DNA of 62,098 nucleotides, counting the filler, from Choristocarpus tenellus KU-1152 (Eukaryota; Protista; Phaeophyceae), in assembly GCA_964200185.2 (NCBI GenBank). It is 11 parts of 11 records of this genome, joined end to end, with 100 filler letters (N's around TTAATTAATTAA, not from the genome) between each part and the next. Parts side by side here need not be neighbours in the genome. Positions count along the whole stretch, not along the records: positions 20,497 to 33,032 come from CAXNAD020001804.1; positions 33,133 to 37,353 come from CAXNAD020015617.1; 9 more parts are not named here. One strand, written 5' to 3'. The translations under genes were made by a program, and so were the position numbers. The notes under the pieces are model-generated. The model was not told the origin of the DNA. It made no database searches and saw only the letters and a list, made by a program, of their open reading frames with translations. Numbering within the stretch: the stretch's first letter is position 1; every line of letters starts with the position of its first letter. Positions 24,801-36,525 of the stretch are shown in pieces.

Positions 24801-26916
24801 CTGCTACAGAATGAGCTTTGAGGATGTGGAGGATTTAGCGTTAACAGCGAATCAATCAGAGAAGGGTTATCAGGGGATGCACGTAGCGTAGCAGAACCCT
24901 ATGGACTTAGGGTTCTTTGGAAACTGATGGCCTTTACTGTTCGACGGAACACATCAAATTCCTTCATTACTGTCTGCCCTACGTCAAGTGTGGCGTCGTG
25001 TGGAGACAACATAGTTGGGAATGTTTAACCCACCTTCAACCTGTAGGTGTGTGTGAACCCCCCGCTGTTCTTGAGGTATTTGAGGGCGGCGTCCGGGTTG
25101 GCGTACCAGAGCACAGTGAACATGTGAACCGCTCTAAAGTCGAATTTGTCCTTGTCAGGTGCGCGTTGGGTGTGTGGAGAATAAGATGACATGATCAGGA
25201 CAGAAGAACGTGGGAGTGGGTCTGTTGGTTAATGGCGTATGTGTCATAAGGTCGATAGCGACACGCATGTATAAAACGTCAATTCAAGCTTAGTATGCAA
25301 AGGGAGGAGTTACTACGGTGTTGTTGGGCCGTTAGTGATGGGGTATTGGATGTACAAATGTGGGGATGGCTGCACTGCGCTTACACTTGAACCGTCGCAC
25401 TTCTTGTGCTCTCTCCACACACCATGAAGAATCTTCAGTTCTTTTGTCTCTGGTGGAATATAGTGAGGGGAAGAAAGGGATCGGGTTGGTTGGATCACCG
25501 ATGCGGAATTAATATGGATATGGGCGACGAAACGTAGGCGATGTTTCACAATCGTTTCACGAATCGTTTCCTGTGGAAGGAGCTGTGAGAAACCTCACCT
25601 TCTCCTGCGCATATGTACGCAAGGGTGACGATCGTGTTGAAGAACTGGACGGAGGTTTGGTCAGTGAGTCTACTCATCCCTGGTGTGTGTCCTCCCAAGC
25701 TTCTTTGAGGAATGCCTTTATCTTGGCAGCTACCCTCCTCTTAATAACCGTCTGTAACGCGGCGTCGGCACTCCGGAAGTCTATGTCTCCTCGACAGTAT
25801 TGGTTGCAACTGGTGACCAATGTCATCATGCACGTGCGACGATCAGAGTCCTCTTCCGTTTCCTGGACATAGGGGTGGGACCTGTCGCAACTGAAGTCGT
25901 GCCTATACTCCAGGATAGCGGCAACCCAAGACACCATCCAATGGAATATGTCGAGGTTGTTGGGCACATGCGACCTACTTGCTGCCACACTTTCTCCTAT
26001 CGAAATGGATTCAGCCTTTTCACGGCAGCAGTGTGGATAGATCTTCCACATGAAGCTCCTGTGATTGCCGATCTGGAGGTTCGATCGGACGTCCGAGGCC
26101 CATCGCGTTGTGAGGAGAGCCGGGAGGTTGATGCTGCATGGGACATTGTCCTCCTTCGCTACTCATTCGATTGTCCTCAGCACCATTATGCGGTGTTGTT
26201 CATTCAGGCAAAATAAGAGGTTGTCGTCGTCGTCTTTATCCCTATCGTCGCCATTCTCGTTTACGTCCAGGTTGCTGTTGGTGATGTAGTTTGCAAGTAG
26301 TTTGCCATCGTGCACACTAGAGGGCACGTTTGCCCTGCGCATTTCGGCTTTGAAGTTGCTTATGGTTTGCCATCTCGAGCACAGTGAAAAAGGTTGCCAC
26401 TCAGGATCCCCGCAAGTCTGTCAGCGGCGACCAGTGGTTCCGGCCCCAGCTTCGAGAACATCAACTCCACTCTACCGTTGTCAAGAAGGTTGGTGTTGTA
26501 CCTCTGTGACAAGAAGTCAGATGTGGCCAGGTTCACCGTATGTGTTGCGCTGAGGTTTGATGTAATCAAGTCTGTCGTCTTTTGGTCTTCTTGATTCCTT
26601 GGGCCTCCAGCCGACTGTCTGTGAAGGTAGGGGGGAAAATGTGATGGCAACGGTATCAGCAAACGAGAAGGATATTGACGTAGGGGTGGATGTTATTGTT
26701 TGGATCACAGCAAGGGTGTTTTTGTACAAACAGTGATAGACTATGTGATTAATGATGACGGGATCTGTACGGAGTGCAAGGTTCGTGTCCATGTGTGGGC
26801 TATGCAAACGTGATATGAAAAGGGCGTAGCGATGCTGTGGACATAAGGACGGCGTAGCGCTTTCCTTGAAGGCCGTTATTTGCTAACAGGTATCGAACAG
26901 TAAACCCCGTCGACAT
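21860..26916 (-). pseudogene. Long, apparently intronless decayed reading frame(s) of unknown family, probably part of a large mobile or viral element
   Basis: Minus-strand ORFs 26800-27006, 26517-26807, 26360-26662, 25674-26051, 24535-24774, 23976-24374, 23586-23873, 22854-23051, 22500-22811 and 21954-22331 largely link through stops and frameshifts into protein-like sequence. Candidate ATG at 26916. Confidence 0.55.
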
Positions 26917-26965
26917 GGAATGAATATTGAATATGAGAATGCACCAATACCGTACGCAGACTGGA

Positions 26966-27915
26966 AGGATATACTTGCCGACCAAGGTAACATCTAGAGA
27001 GGGCAATCATGCACAGATTTGTGCTTGACATAGGGCAGACAGTAATGAATGAATTTGATGCGTTCTGTCGAACAGTAAAGGCCATCAATTTCCAAAGGGC
27101 GGCAAGACGGTTGGGTGTGTGTGTGTCGATTTGAAACAGTAATCCTGAGCAGGAAAACATTACGTCAAATCGCAAAAGTGAAAGATGAAGGAGTAAATGT
27201 ATCTTAGAGGGTACGAGTTTTGCCCTGTTTGTCTGTTTGAGGCTTGCTTTCACATGATATTTTTTAATGACATTTCCTACTCCAATTTGTTCGGAGTAGG
27301 TAAAGCGTTATGTTACGACAAGGTGTGTCAGGAACAAGGATATTGACACTCCCTAACAACACGATAGCCAAAATTACATCAAAATCGCAACGTTGGAATT
27401 TGGCCCTCATATGGACGCGACTCTACCCTCTAAGATACTTTGGCTCGAAGATGAAAGGAATTTACCCGCCGACCCAAGTTAGATGTCGGGAGGGCAACCA
27501 TGCACAGGTTTATGCTTGACATATGGCAGACAGTAATGAATGAATTAGATGCGTTCTGTCGAACGGTAAATGCCATCAGTTTCCAAAGCGTGGCAAGACG
27601 GTTGGGTGTGTGTGTGTCCATTTGAAATACGAACAGCATGAGCAGGAAAACATTACGTCGAACCGCGAAAGCGAAAGATGAAGATGAAAGGAATTTACGC
27701 ACTGACCCGGGTTGGATGTCAGGAGGGCACAACCATGTGCAGGTTTGTGCTTGACATATGGCAGATAGTTATGAATGAATTGATATGTTCTGTCGAACAG
27801 TGTAAAGTCAATCAAATTCCAAAGCGCGGCAAGACGGTTGGGGTGTGTGTATGTCGATTTGAAACAAGAAACACGAGCAGGAAAACATTACATCGAACCG
27901 CAGAAGTGAAAGCAT
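26966..27915. repeat. Tandem array of three ~232-bp units, interrupted by a MITE
   Basis: Core cttgacata.ggcaga.agt.atgaatgaatt...ttccaaag recurs at 27024, 27515 and 27750. Confidence 0.92.
27191..27446 (-). mobile_element. MITE family A inserted in the array
   Basis: TIRs gagtaaatgtatcttagagggta / taccctctaagatactttggctc. The GAAG duplication is confirmed by the uninterrupted unit at ~27675-27690. Confidence 0.9.
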
Positions 27916-28461
27916 GAATGCACCAGTTTAATATGTACATGTCGACTTTGGAACGTACTTCTGAGCACAAATTTGGTATGTTCTGTCGGTCGGTCGAAGC
28001 AATCAAATTCTAAGTTTAGGGTTAGCGGGATTTTTGGACTTAGATACGCGCGCGTGATGATACCATCGTGTGAGTTGTATCGAGATTGCATTGCGACGCA
28101 ATACGAACCTTATCGGAAAGGTTCCAATGGTATCAGAGCCCTTACATGTGCGTATCGAAGGTGTCACCACTTCACACTCGACAGATGGGTGTTGTGGTGC
28201 GTGTAATTGCATCGTGGAATCTTGCTTCTATTTCGGATCAGTTGTGTGATTACTCCCAACATATGTGACTGCAACACATGTTCCAATTTCGGAAAAGGGT
28301 TCGGTTGAATTCGCTGTAATCAATTCAGATGAAAGTCGCTGAATTGATTCTACGTTGACATGTTCGATGCAAGGTGAAATCTGTAAAGTGGCGGATTGGG
28401 ATTAGTGTTCAAAAATTAGGCAATTTATTTTGGTTAGGGCTAGGGTTGGTATCATGGGTGC

Positions 28462-28715
28462 GGGTCGAACTATCTTAGGGGTAGGGCCGCGTCCATTTGG
28501 CGGCCGAATTCAAATATTGCATTATTGCTGTAATTCCTGCCAAATATTTGTTTGGAAACGTCAATGTCCTTTTTCCGAACACTCCTTCCATAATGTACAC
28601 ATTGTACTTCTCCAAAACATTTTTGAGAAAGTACAATGTCGTTGAAAACCTGTGGGCAGCCAAGCCCAAAAGGACAACCAGCGAAAAACTCGCACCCTCT
28701 AAGATACTTAGGCAA
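28462..28715 (+). mobile_element. MITE family A, diverged copy
   Basis: tatcttaggggtagggccgcgtccatttgg ... aaaactcgcaccctctaagatact. Confidence 0.8.
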
Positions 28716-28804
28716 CGTTGACTTCGGGGCTTACATTGTCAGTGACGGGTGGCAGAATACGCTTTATGAACGGTTTCAATCAAATACAATATAGATGCGA
28801 CGGT

Positions 28805-29592
28805 CGTGATTTTGATGATACAACTATTGACAGCTGGTGTGTACACGGTTGTAAAGGTAATAAATACAGGGCATCGAATTTGAAAATGTTGTTGTTACCA
28901 CCATTGACAGCTGGTGTGTATACGGTTGTAAGGGTAACAAATATAGGGCTTCGAATTTGAAAATATTGGTGACACCACCATTGACAGCTGGTGTGTACAC
29001 GGTAGTAATGGTAACAAATACAGGGCATCGAATCTGAAAATGTTGGTGACACCACCATTGACAGCTGGTGTGTAAACGGTAGTAAAGGTAATAAATACAG
29101 GGCATCGAGTTTGAAAACGTTGGTGACACCACCATTGACACGGTTGTAAAGCTAATAAATACATGGCAGCGAATCTGAAAATGTTGGTGTTACCACCATT
29201 GGCAGCTGGTGTGTGTACATTATTGTAAAGGTAGTAAATACAGGGCATCGAGTTTGAAAACATTGGTGACACCACCATTGACAGCTGTTGTGTACACGGT
29301 TGAAAAGGGGTTAATACAGGGCATCGAATTTGAAAACTTCGTGACACTGCCATTCACAGCTGGTGTATACACTAACCCAAATGTAATAAAGGGCAACGAA
29401 TTTGAAAATGTCGGTGACACCACCACCTGCAGCTGGTGAGTACACGGTTATAAAGGTAACAAATACAGGGCATTTAATTTGAAAATGTCGGTATTACCAC
29501 TGCTGACAGCTGGTGTATACACGGTTGTAAAGGCAATAAATTCAGGGCATCGAATCTGATAATGTTGTTGTTACCACCGTTGACAGCTGCTT
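28805..29592. repeat. 77-bp minisatellite, about 11 units
   Basis: ccaccattgacagctggtgtgtacacggttgtaaaggtaataaatacagggcatcgaatttgaaaatgttggtgaca recurs with period 77 (28898, 28975, 29052...). One unit is shortened. Confidence 0.95.
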
Positions 29593-31779
29593 GGTACAAG
29601 CTCCGAGTACAAATGAACACGTAAACATGTGTTGAACCGCGCGTGGTTGTGTTCACGACCGAGAAAAACGCAATGAGGGGTAGGTATGTCGGAAACTGTT
29701 CAACACCACGCACGTCGCCACTCTTGGCCTAACGTGAGGATTTGCTCCTTGGGTTTCAAAGCGCCATGACATGGAGGCCTCTTATTATACACGAATCAAA
29801 AACTCGCCAGTGTCGACGGAGCCGTAGACTATACTGCGGAATAGACAGACCGGCATGCATAGGGCCTACGTCGATTTTGACTCGAATTTGCTTTCAGTCG
29901 GTATTCCATCTGGAGCTTCCGACAAAATATTTACACAGGTGGCAACATAGCAATGGTGGACGAAATTGGTATGGTCGTAGTCCTGAAGACCTTTGTACAT
30001 AACACGTTGAGGTCTCAATCGCTACCGCTTTGCACTGTATTGAAATGCGAGGGAAAGTGTGTCTGTTTGTACGACCTATCTCGTGTGAATTGATGTAGCG
30101 TGGTGAACAGCAACGCCATCTAGACCTAACCCGGATTTGGGCAATATATTAAGAAGGCAATAACGAGATCATTCCTAATGGGAGGGGCACGTTCGTGCTT
30201 TCGCAAAAGCCGAATACAAGACATGTTGGAACTTGGTATCGAGAGGAACATGTACATAGGAATTGGCAGGATACGTTACACATCGCGAACGGCCGGTAGA
30301 CAAGGAAGGCTCGACCCCGGATGGGTGCGTTCGGTACGGCAAACTATGCGACAATGTTTTGGGTTAGGGGCCGTGACTAGGGGGTCATACAACCGCTTGG
30401 GTGCGCCATCATGTCAGCCACATGCTAATAAATGCTATGTGAACGGATGAAAGTCGCAACATCCGCCAAAGACGCTAAATCAATTATGGTTTGTTTGCGA
30501 TATTGGTCATTCAGAAACGCTCCAGTGTAGGCTGCACGAAGGGTGAACGTTTCTTGTAAGGGGATTCACCTTCTGGTTCCCTTTGGAGGCATGGTGGCGT
30601 TCGGTGGTTGGACTAAGCCTCTCAGTTGATCGTGCAATGTCTGCATCGGGTGGGCAAGTTGGTAATGAGACAGGAGAAACAAACAGAAGGAGAGAGAGAA
30701 AATGTTTTGCACATCGAGTCAGGCCCAGGGAGGATGACATGTCGCGGTCGGTTCACATCATCCTCGAGCCATACACACCTGATCACCTTGCACGAAGAGC
30801 AAGTCCTGTCGTCTTATTACCTTCCGACACGCCTGGTGTTTAGCGTTACGTATAGCGCACAGGGATAGCCACAGACGAGCCGGATTCTCATCAAAGGGAT
30901 ACACACCTATTCTCTCTTGACCAAGAAAGTATGGTCTTTCCCACCTATTTTTTTTTTTCGGTTGCATAATAATTTCACAATAATCAATAACAGAACAACC
31001 GCCTTTACCGAATGTTGTACCCCTATTAAATAGTATATATATTGTGGTTATGAACAGGGTAGTTGGGGTTTCCTTTTCCTCGGGAATCAAAAAGGACATT
31101 TAATAAGGGGAATTTTGCTCTCTTCACAGATGTATTGAAATTTATATGTATGTCTATGACAGCGTTAAACTAGAATAAATAGAGACATAAAAATGTATAT
31201 ATATAACTCCCCATCCGCTATTCTTCATTAGTGCGAGAGGGTCAAAACTTTGAGTGTGTATATATTTTTTCATATATTTACGCTTTTGTTGAACTATATT
31301 ATAGTGCATAACAAAAAAACTTTTGCCAAACCACATATGCGACAAACTCCACACTCCTTCACTCTGTCCACATACCAACTTCTTTGAAGCCATACACCTC
31401 CAATCCATCGTCCTCGACTTTCCACAAAACTCAATGGCAATCTCATATCCCCTGTAGAGAAAGAGGCACACACAATGGTATGTGCATCTGGGGATATATA
31501 TTGACCGACACCACATGAAACGTTCAGTATCCCTTCCACCACAAAACCCATCCCAAACAATAGTTTGCCATTTGACAGAACACGTCAATTGTAGTGCATA
31601 CATACGCCAATATTATCTGGGGCGACACCCACCACGCATTTGTCAACTGTTTCCCCAAAAAATCAGATCAAAACACACAATCTACCGTTCGATAAACTAC
31701 CCCAATTCACTTCATCCTACATGCTTCATGGTAAGTATTCATAACCTTTTTGATCTGGCTCGTGAGTGACCGCATATGC

Positions 31780-32661
31780 GCACCTTTTCAGGATATACTA
31801 ATCGGGGCGGTTTCTGTCCTAGATGTATCAAACACACCCTTCTCCATGCTTTCAACGTGGGGTGTCATCCAACACGGCCGTACTCCGTGGAACACTTCGT
31901 GACCAAACATTGAGCAAGCCCCTTCGCCCAAACAAAGCGGCAGTATTATCTATGTTCGCATCATGAAGATCGATCACTAATGTCAAAGGGAAACAAACCC
32001 ATCAACTCATATATCGTAACCTCGTTTGAATCCCACTCAGGAAACAGGGACTAAAGAGACTGCCCAAGACCAGTGCCGCTCGTTCGTGGACGAAATCCAA
32101 AACAGACCGGATCATGGACCTCTTCCTCTCCATGTTTGTCAACCACGGTGGTCCAGAAGAGATGGAAGGAAGTGGTCGCACTTGGAATGACCTTGCCTCT
32201 TGGTTGTGCTGGCTTGGGAGCAACGCAAGTCCACGCCTGATCTCCAGGTCAAGACATTCCTAGAATGCGTAAAAAAAGATCTTAGCACCAAGCACACCCG
32301 CCAGGTATACAATTCCATCCTCGTCGGCATCGCTCCTGATGTTGAAATAGGCGATGACCGGGTGACATCGACGTTTCAACCCCTTCTGTCCATCACAGCA
32401 AGAAAATACGACATCATCGTCGACACAATAACGCCATCCGCCAAGAAACGCACGGAATTCATGCGAGACATGCGATGGCAGACGAGTCCCTCCACATCGG
32501 CTGCCAATGACGCTGGAGGATCGTCTCCCGTATTCGATACCCTCCCCCCTCACTGCTCTCCTCAAGGCTTCATTCTCATCAACCATCAACGGTGTGATGG
32601 ACACAACTTGGCCACCGGGCGAGCACATCCACTGTATGTCGAAGAACAATTTCATCATTAA
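31780..32661 (+). pseudogene. Decayed reading frame of unknown function, divergent from the 21.9-26.9 kb frame
   Basis: 153-aa ORF 32200-32661 plus protein-like frames upstream. No recognisable domain. Confidence 0.35.
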
Positions 32662-32670
32662 AAGATGCTT

Positions 32671-32923
32671 GAACCACAGCATCTTAGAGGGTACAGCCAC
32701 GTCCATTTGGGGACCCAAATCCGATGTTGAACTTAAAAAATTGACTATCAAGTTTGTTAGGAGATGTCAATATCCTTGTCTGGACACTCCTTTTCATAAA
32801 GTCTACATTTTACCTACTCCGAAACATTTTGGAGTAGGTAAAATGTCAATAAAAACCCATGGGGAGCCAAGCCCCACATGGACAAACAGCACAAAATTCG
32901 TACCCTCTAAGATACTTTCACTC
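32671..32923 (+). mobile_element. MITE family A
   Basis: TIRs gaaccacagcatcttagagggta / taccctctaagatactttcactc, flanks CTT(G). Confidence 0.88.
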
Positions 32924-33032
32924 CTTGGATGATCCCTTATATCCTGGTGCGCAACTGACAAATACCCCACATCCCCCTTTGCTACCTCAGACAAAACGGC
33001 AGACCAAGGGTATTCAACGTGGGAAGGGACAG

Positions 33033-33132
33033 NNNNNNNNNNNNNNNNNNNNNNNNNNNNNNNNNNNNNNNNNNNNTTAATTAATTAANNNNNNNNNNNN
33101 NNNNNNNNNNNNNNNNNNNNNNNNNNNNNNNN
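33033..33132. other. Artificial contig linker
   Basis: N44-TTAATTAATTAA-N44. Confidence 0.98.
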
Positions 33133-33309
33133 GGGGGTGGGGGGGGGGGGGGGTGGGGGGTTGGTGAGGGGGCGTCCGTTTCGGTCAAACACCTTTTTTT
33201 TGCTGACATTTCAAATCTGACACGTGCAACCAAATCATACCAAAAAAGTGAAAATCGAAGAAAAGGGTAAAAAACGGACGCCGACACCTCCCCCTAGATA
33301 CTTTGACCC
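33133..33309 (-). mobile_element. G-rich MITE family B variant
   Basis: Ends in cccctagatactttgaccc. The internal sequence is the reverse complement of 20504-20625. Confidence 0.75.
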
Positions 33310-33944
33310 TGAGGTAGTTGCTAGTGTGTACTCCAAGATCGTTTTGATTGGTGTATGGAGTGTGATAGAAAAAATGCAATGAGGTACCCATAGATGACAC
33401 CCCTCAAGCTCAAGGGGTTCCTCCAATGGCAGAAGCACCCAACTTATTGGTTCAATCGATCGATACCCTAAATGGATAAATATGATGGCAAGGTGACATC
33501 TCTCTCTATGTATACATATATACATTTGGGGGAATTAAACCTGCTGCGTGTCATCTGTACATAGCACTCATACGAACCCAGCATGGTATAGAACAGCAAC
33601 AGCCAACCTTGAACAACAAACAATTCTGAAAGGAAACATGAATGTATTTTGCAATTTGAATAAATGGCTTATCAGTTCGAAATCCACTTTATCCATATCG
33701 GAAAACTGAAACCTTTGGTCACTGGTGGACAGTTGAATGGGGGAGACATCCCTTTCTTTTTAAGTCGGTCCACAGATAGTATGTCTTGTTGAACGGAGGG
33801 GGAGTTGAGTAATACTATCTGTGGACTAGAGTACAACATTGACAAATGTTTTTACAAGTAATGAGGTGCATTTGATGTTCTCTCAATCCTTCATGTACTT
33901 TAATAAATTAGTTATGTTTATTGTACAGAATTGAGACCAAAATT

Positions 33945-34044
33945 TATTTTTGGAGTAGGTAAAGTGTCAATAAAAATATGTGGGCAGTTAAGCCCCAAAT
34001 CGACAAACAGGAAAAACCTCGTACGCTCTAAGATACTTTCTCTC
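33945..34044 (+). mobile_element. MITE family A, right half only
   Basis: ggagtaggtaaagtgtcaat...gtacgctctaagatactttctctc. Confidence 0.75.
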
Positions 34045-34536
34045 AACCTTTTGCATCGCTGAAAGTCCGCCTCAGTTCACCACACCACATCCCTCCACTA
34101 TTTTATGTCAGGCACAATGCTGTTGGTGCATTTGTTCTGAGATCGTCCGGGCTGTCACATGAGTACTACATCAATTGGGACACAACTCTCCCCTTCCATC
34201 GATAGAAGTCTTACTCTCCTCATCACTGTAAAATGAAAGAGGTAAACATAGAGTACTGTAGCTTATTTTAAATGCACTTCTATGCCCAGAAAAGGTCTCA
34301 TTGAACCCTGTTACTTCGATGTATGTTTTGGAGAGTCTCTGAAATATGTATCCGTTACCCAGACAAACGTAAAAAAAATGACCTGACTCTTCTCATTCCC
34401 TTGAGCAGTGTGCTACCTCCAGCTGTCACCTAGTCTATCAGCAGCTTTATATATACGCTCCTTGCACAAGAAACACCTCCTCATCCATCCACCTATTTTA
34501 GGGTAATCCAGAATATAATCTCAACATGGTACCTAC

Positions 34537-35423
34537 CTGTTCAAGTCCGGTCACCACCACTGTTGGGGCTGCACCCGTTGTCATCAACAGCTTCCATCTC
34601 TTCTGGCTATTTTGACTGCCTAGGTCTTCTCCACTACCCCCATCTGTATCAGCTCCAACTTCAACGAGTTTTTCATTGCTGTAGCTATCCTCTTCTCCTA
34701 TCTCTATGTCCTCCTCTGTGCCCCACACCTCGTGATCACTAATCATGGCACCATTGGGGCAGCCAAGGTCCCATTCCAGCAGCATAGACGTGGGACCCAG
34801 TGGATAAGCTCCTCCTCTGTCCCTTGTACTGCTATGTCGTCTGCCAGTGGGCTTGTCACCATCTGCTACGTATCCTGTTTTGCCCAGGTCTGGGAATGAT
34901 GCTTTGGACTGTGCGATATTGTCACATGTTCCACTTCCAGGAGTACCACAACTGACTCTGTTACCCATACCAGCACCAATCATGCTTTTGGTTCGGGTTA
35001 CTTCCAACTTCCTTGTGATCCTGTCTGCATCCTCTACCTCATCTTCTTCCCCAGTCGGCTCACTTACTGAAGTGCCTTTGGATTCAGTGTTCTGATCCTG
35101 CCTGAAGATGATACTCTTGTGGATATCTATTTCTTTTTCTTGTCCGTTTCCTTTTCCTTCCCCTCTTTCCCAAGCGTCTTGCCTCTCTCCCATCTGCCCT
35201 TCCTCGGCCCCTCCCTCAAATCCCCCCCCTCTGCCAACGTCCCACCCTTTACTGACTAACTGAGAATCTTCCTCAACTTGTGTTACTCGAGGTAGGTTTG
35301 GTGCCTCCGGGGGAGCACATATTGTTTTGAAGGGACTGCTTACCATTGCCTCCTCTCTGCTCTGCCATTCCCCGGTTGACTGAGAGCGGAGTCGGAACTG
35401 GTAGTGGGTCCCAGGCATGAGCC
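34537..35423 (-). CDS. Exon of a fibronectin type III repeat protein
   Basis: GLMPGTHYQFRLRS...PFKTICAPPEAP, SMLLEWDLGCPNGAMISDHEVW and WKLL...VVVTGLEQ are FN3 motifs. Poly-T tract with ttgaaag| acceptor, and CAG|gtaggt donor. Confidence 0.8.
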
Positions 35424-35729
35424 CTTTCAAGGCGAAAAAAAAAATGGGCAGAGAGCGTGTAGAGTTGAGGTCTGAAAGGGAGATTACGATATCGATTCCT
35501 TAGATTTTCCTGGACCGTTCCTGTTGAAAAGCCTTAAAATAGCCAGATCTTCCTTTTTTTTCTGTCAAGACGTCCGATTCATGTTTTTAATTATTGTTTA
35601 GCCAAGTTTATTGTTTGCTGATGGTGTGCGTTCAGACATCAACACAGCTCACGATGCACAATCTGGATGAAGTAGGTGGAAAAACTGCAAGGGGCATCGG
35701 GTCTAGTTTCATAGGGGACTGATAGGACA

Positions 35730-35996
35730 GAGCCAAAGTATCTTAGGGTTAGAGTAGAGTCGCGTCCATTTGGGGGCCAAAATCCAATGTTGCGATTTTG
35801 GTGCAATTTTAGTTACCGTGTTTGTTAGGAAGTGTCAATATCCATATTCTGGACACACCATTTCATAAGGCATACATCTTTCCTACTCCGAAATATTTTG
35901 GAGTAGGAAAATGTCATAAAAAAACTCATGGGAAGCCAAGCTCCAAATGGACAAACAGGGCAAAACTCGTACCCTAACCCTAAGATACTTTCGCTC
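35730..35996 (+). mobile_element. MITE family A variant with TTAGGG inside both TIRs, located in the FN3 gene intron
   Basis: gagccaaagtatcttagggttagagta / taccctaaccctaagatactttcgctc. Confidence 0.88.
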
Positions 35997-36525
35997 GCAA
36001 AACAATCCAAAGCTCATGGAGCACAGTGCCATAAAGGGCGGTTGAGAGGAAATTCATGTGGCCTGCAAGAGTTTGATACACCTGTGCGAATCATTATCCC
36101 TTGGCTAGATTTTCATTCAACACAATTTGTTGCTTTGTTGCTTGGTATGCGTTGAGTGGACACTCAAATACAGCTTGAAGAGACTAGTACCGTGGCTGTT
36201 GATCTGGCTAGCGAGGAATCATGAGTTCAACATCAACTCCCCGAGAACATTCCACATACAAAAAGAAAACACATAATATTGACCTTTGAAAATGTCCTCC
36301 TGAGGCTTCCCAAAGCAGTACGTTGCCCCACCCCCACCAGAATATGAGGAGGGTACATGAGAAATGAGGATCGAACTAGATACAAGGCAAGAAATAACCT
36401 ACGTAAGGGCTGCTACCCTTCAGAATAACCATTATCTAAGGCCTATCAGGATTAGGATCAGTGAGTTCATCTTTTTTGTCAAGGGTTGTTGACTACTGGG
36501 TCCTTTTGCTCCTAAGTGGAATTAC

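Noticed and set aside
24915-27824. Diversity-generating retroelement TR/VR pair
   Set aside because: Mismatches are not adenine-specific, and there is no reverse transcriptase in this contig.
28805-29592. CRISPR array or repeat-protein ORFs
   Set aside because: Units are similar over their whole length with no unique spacers, no cas genes are present, and the 77-bp period breaks any reading frame.
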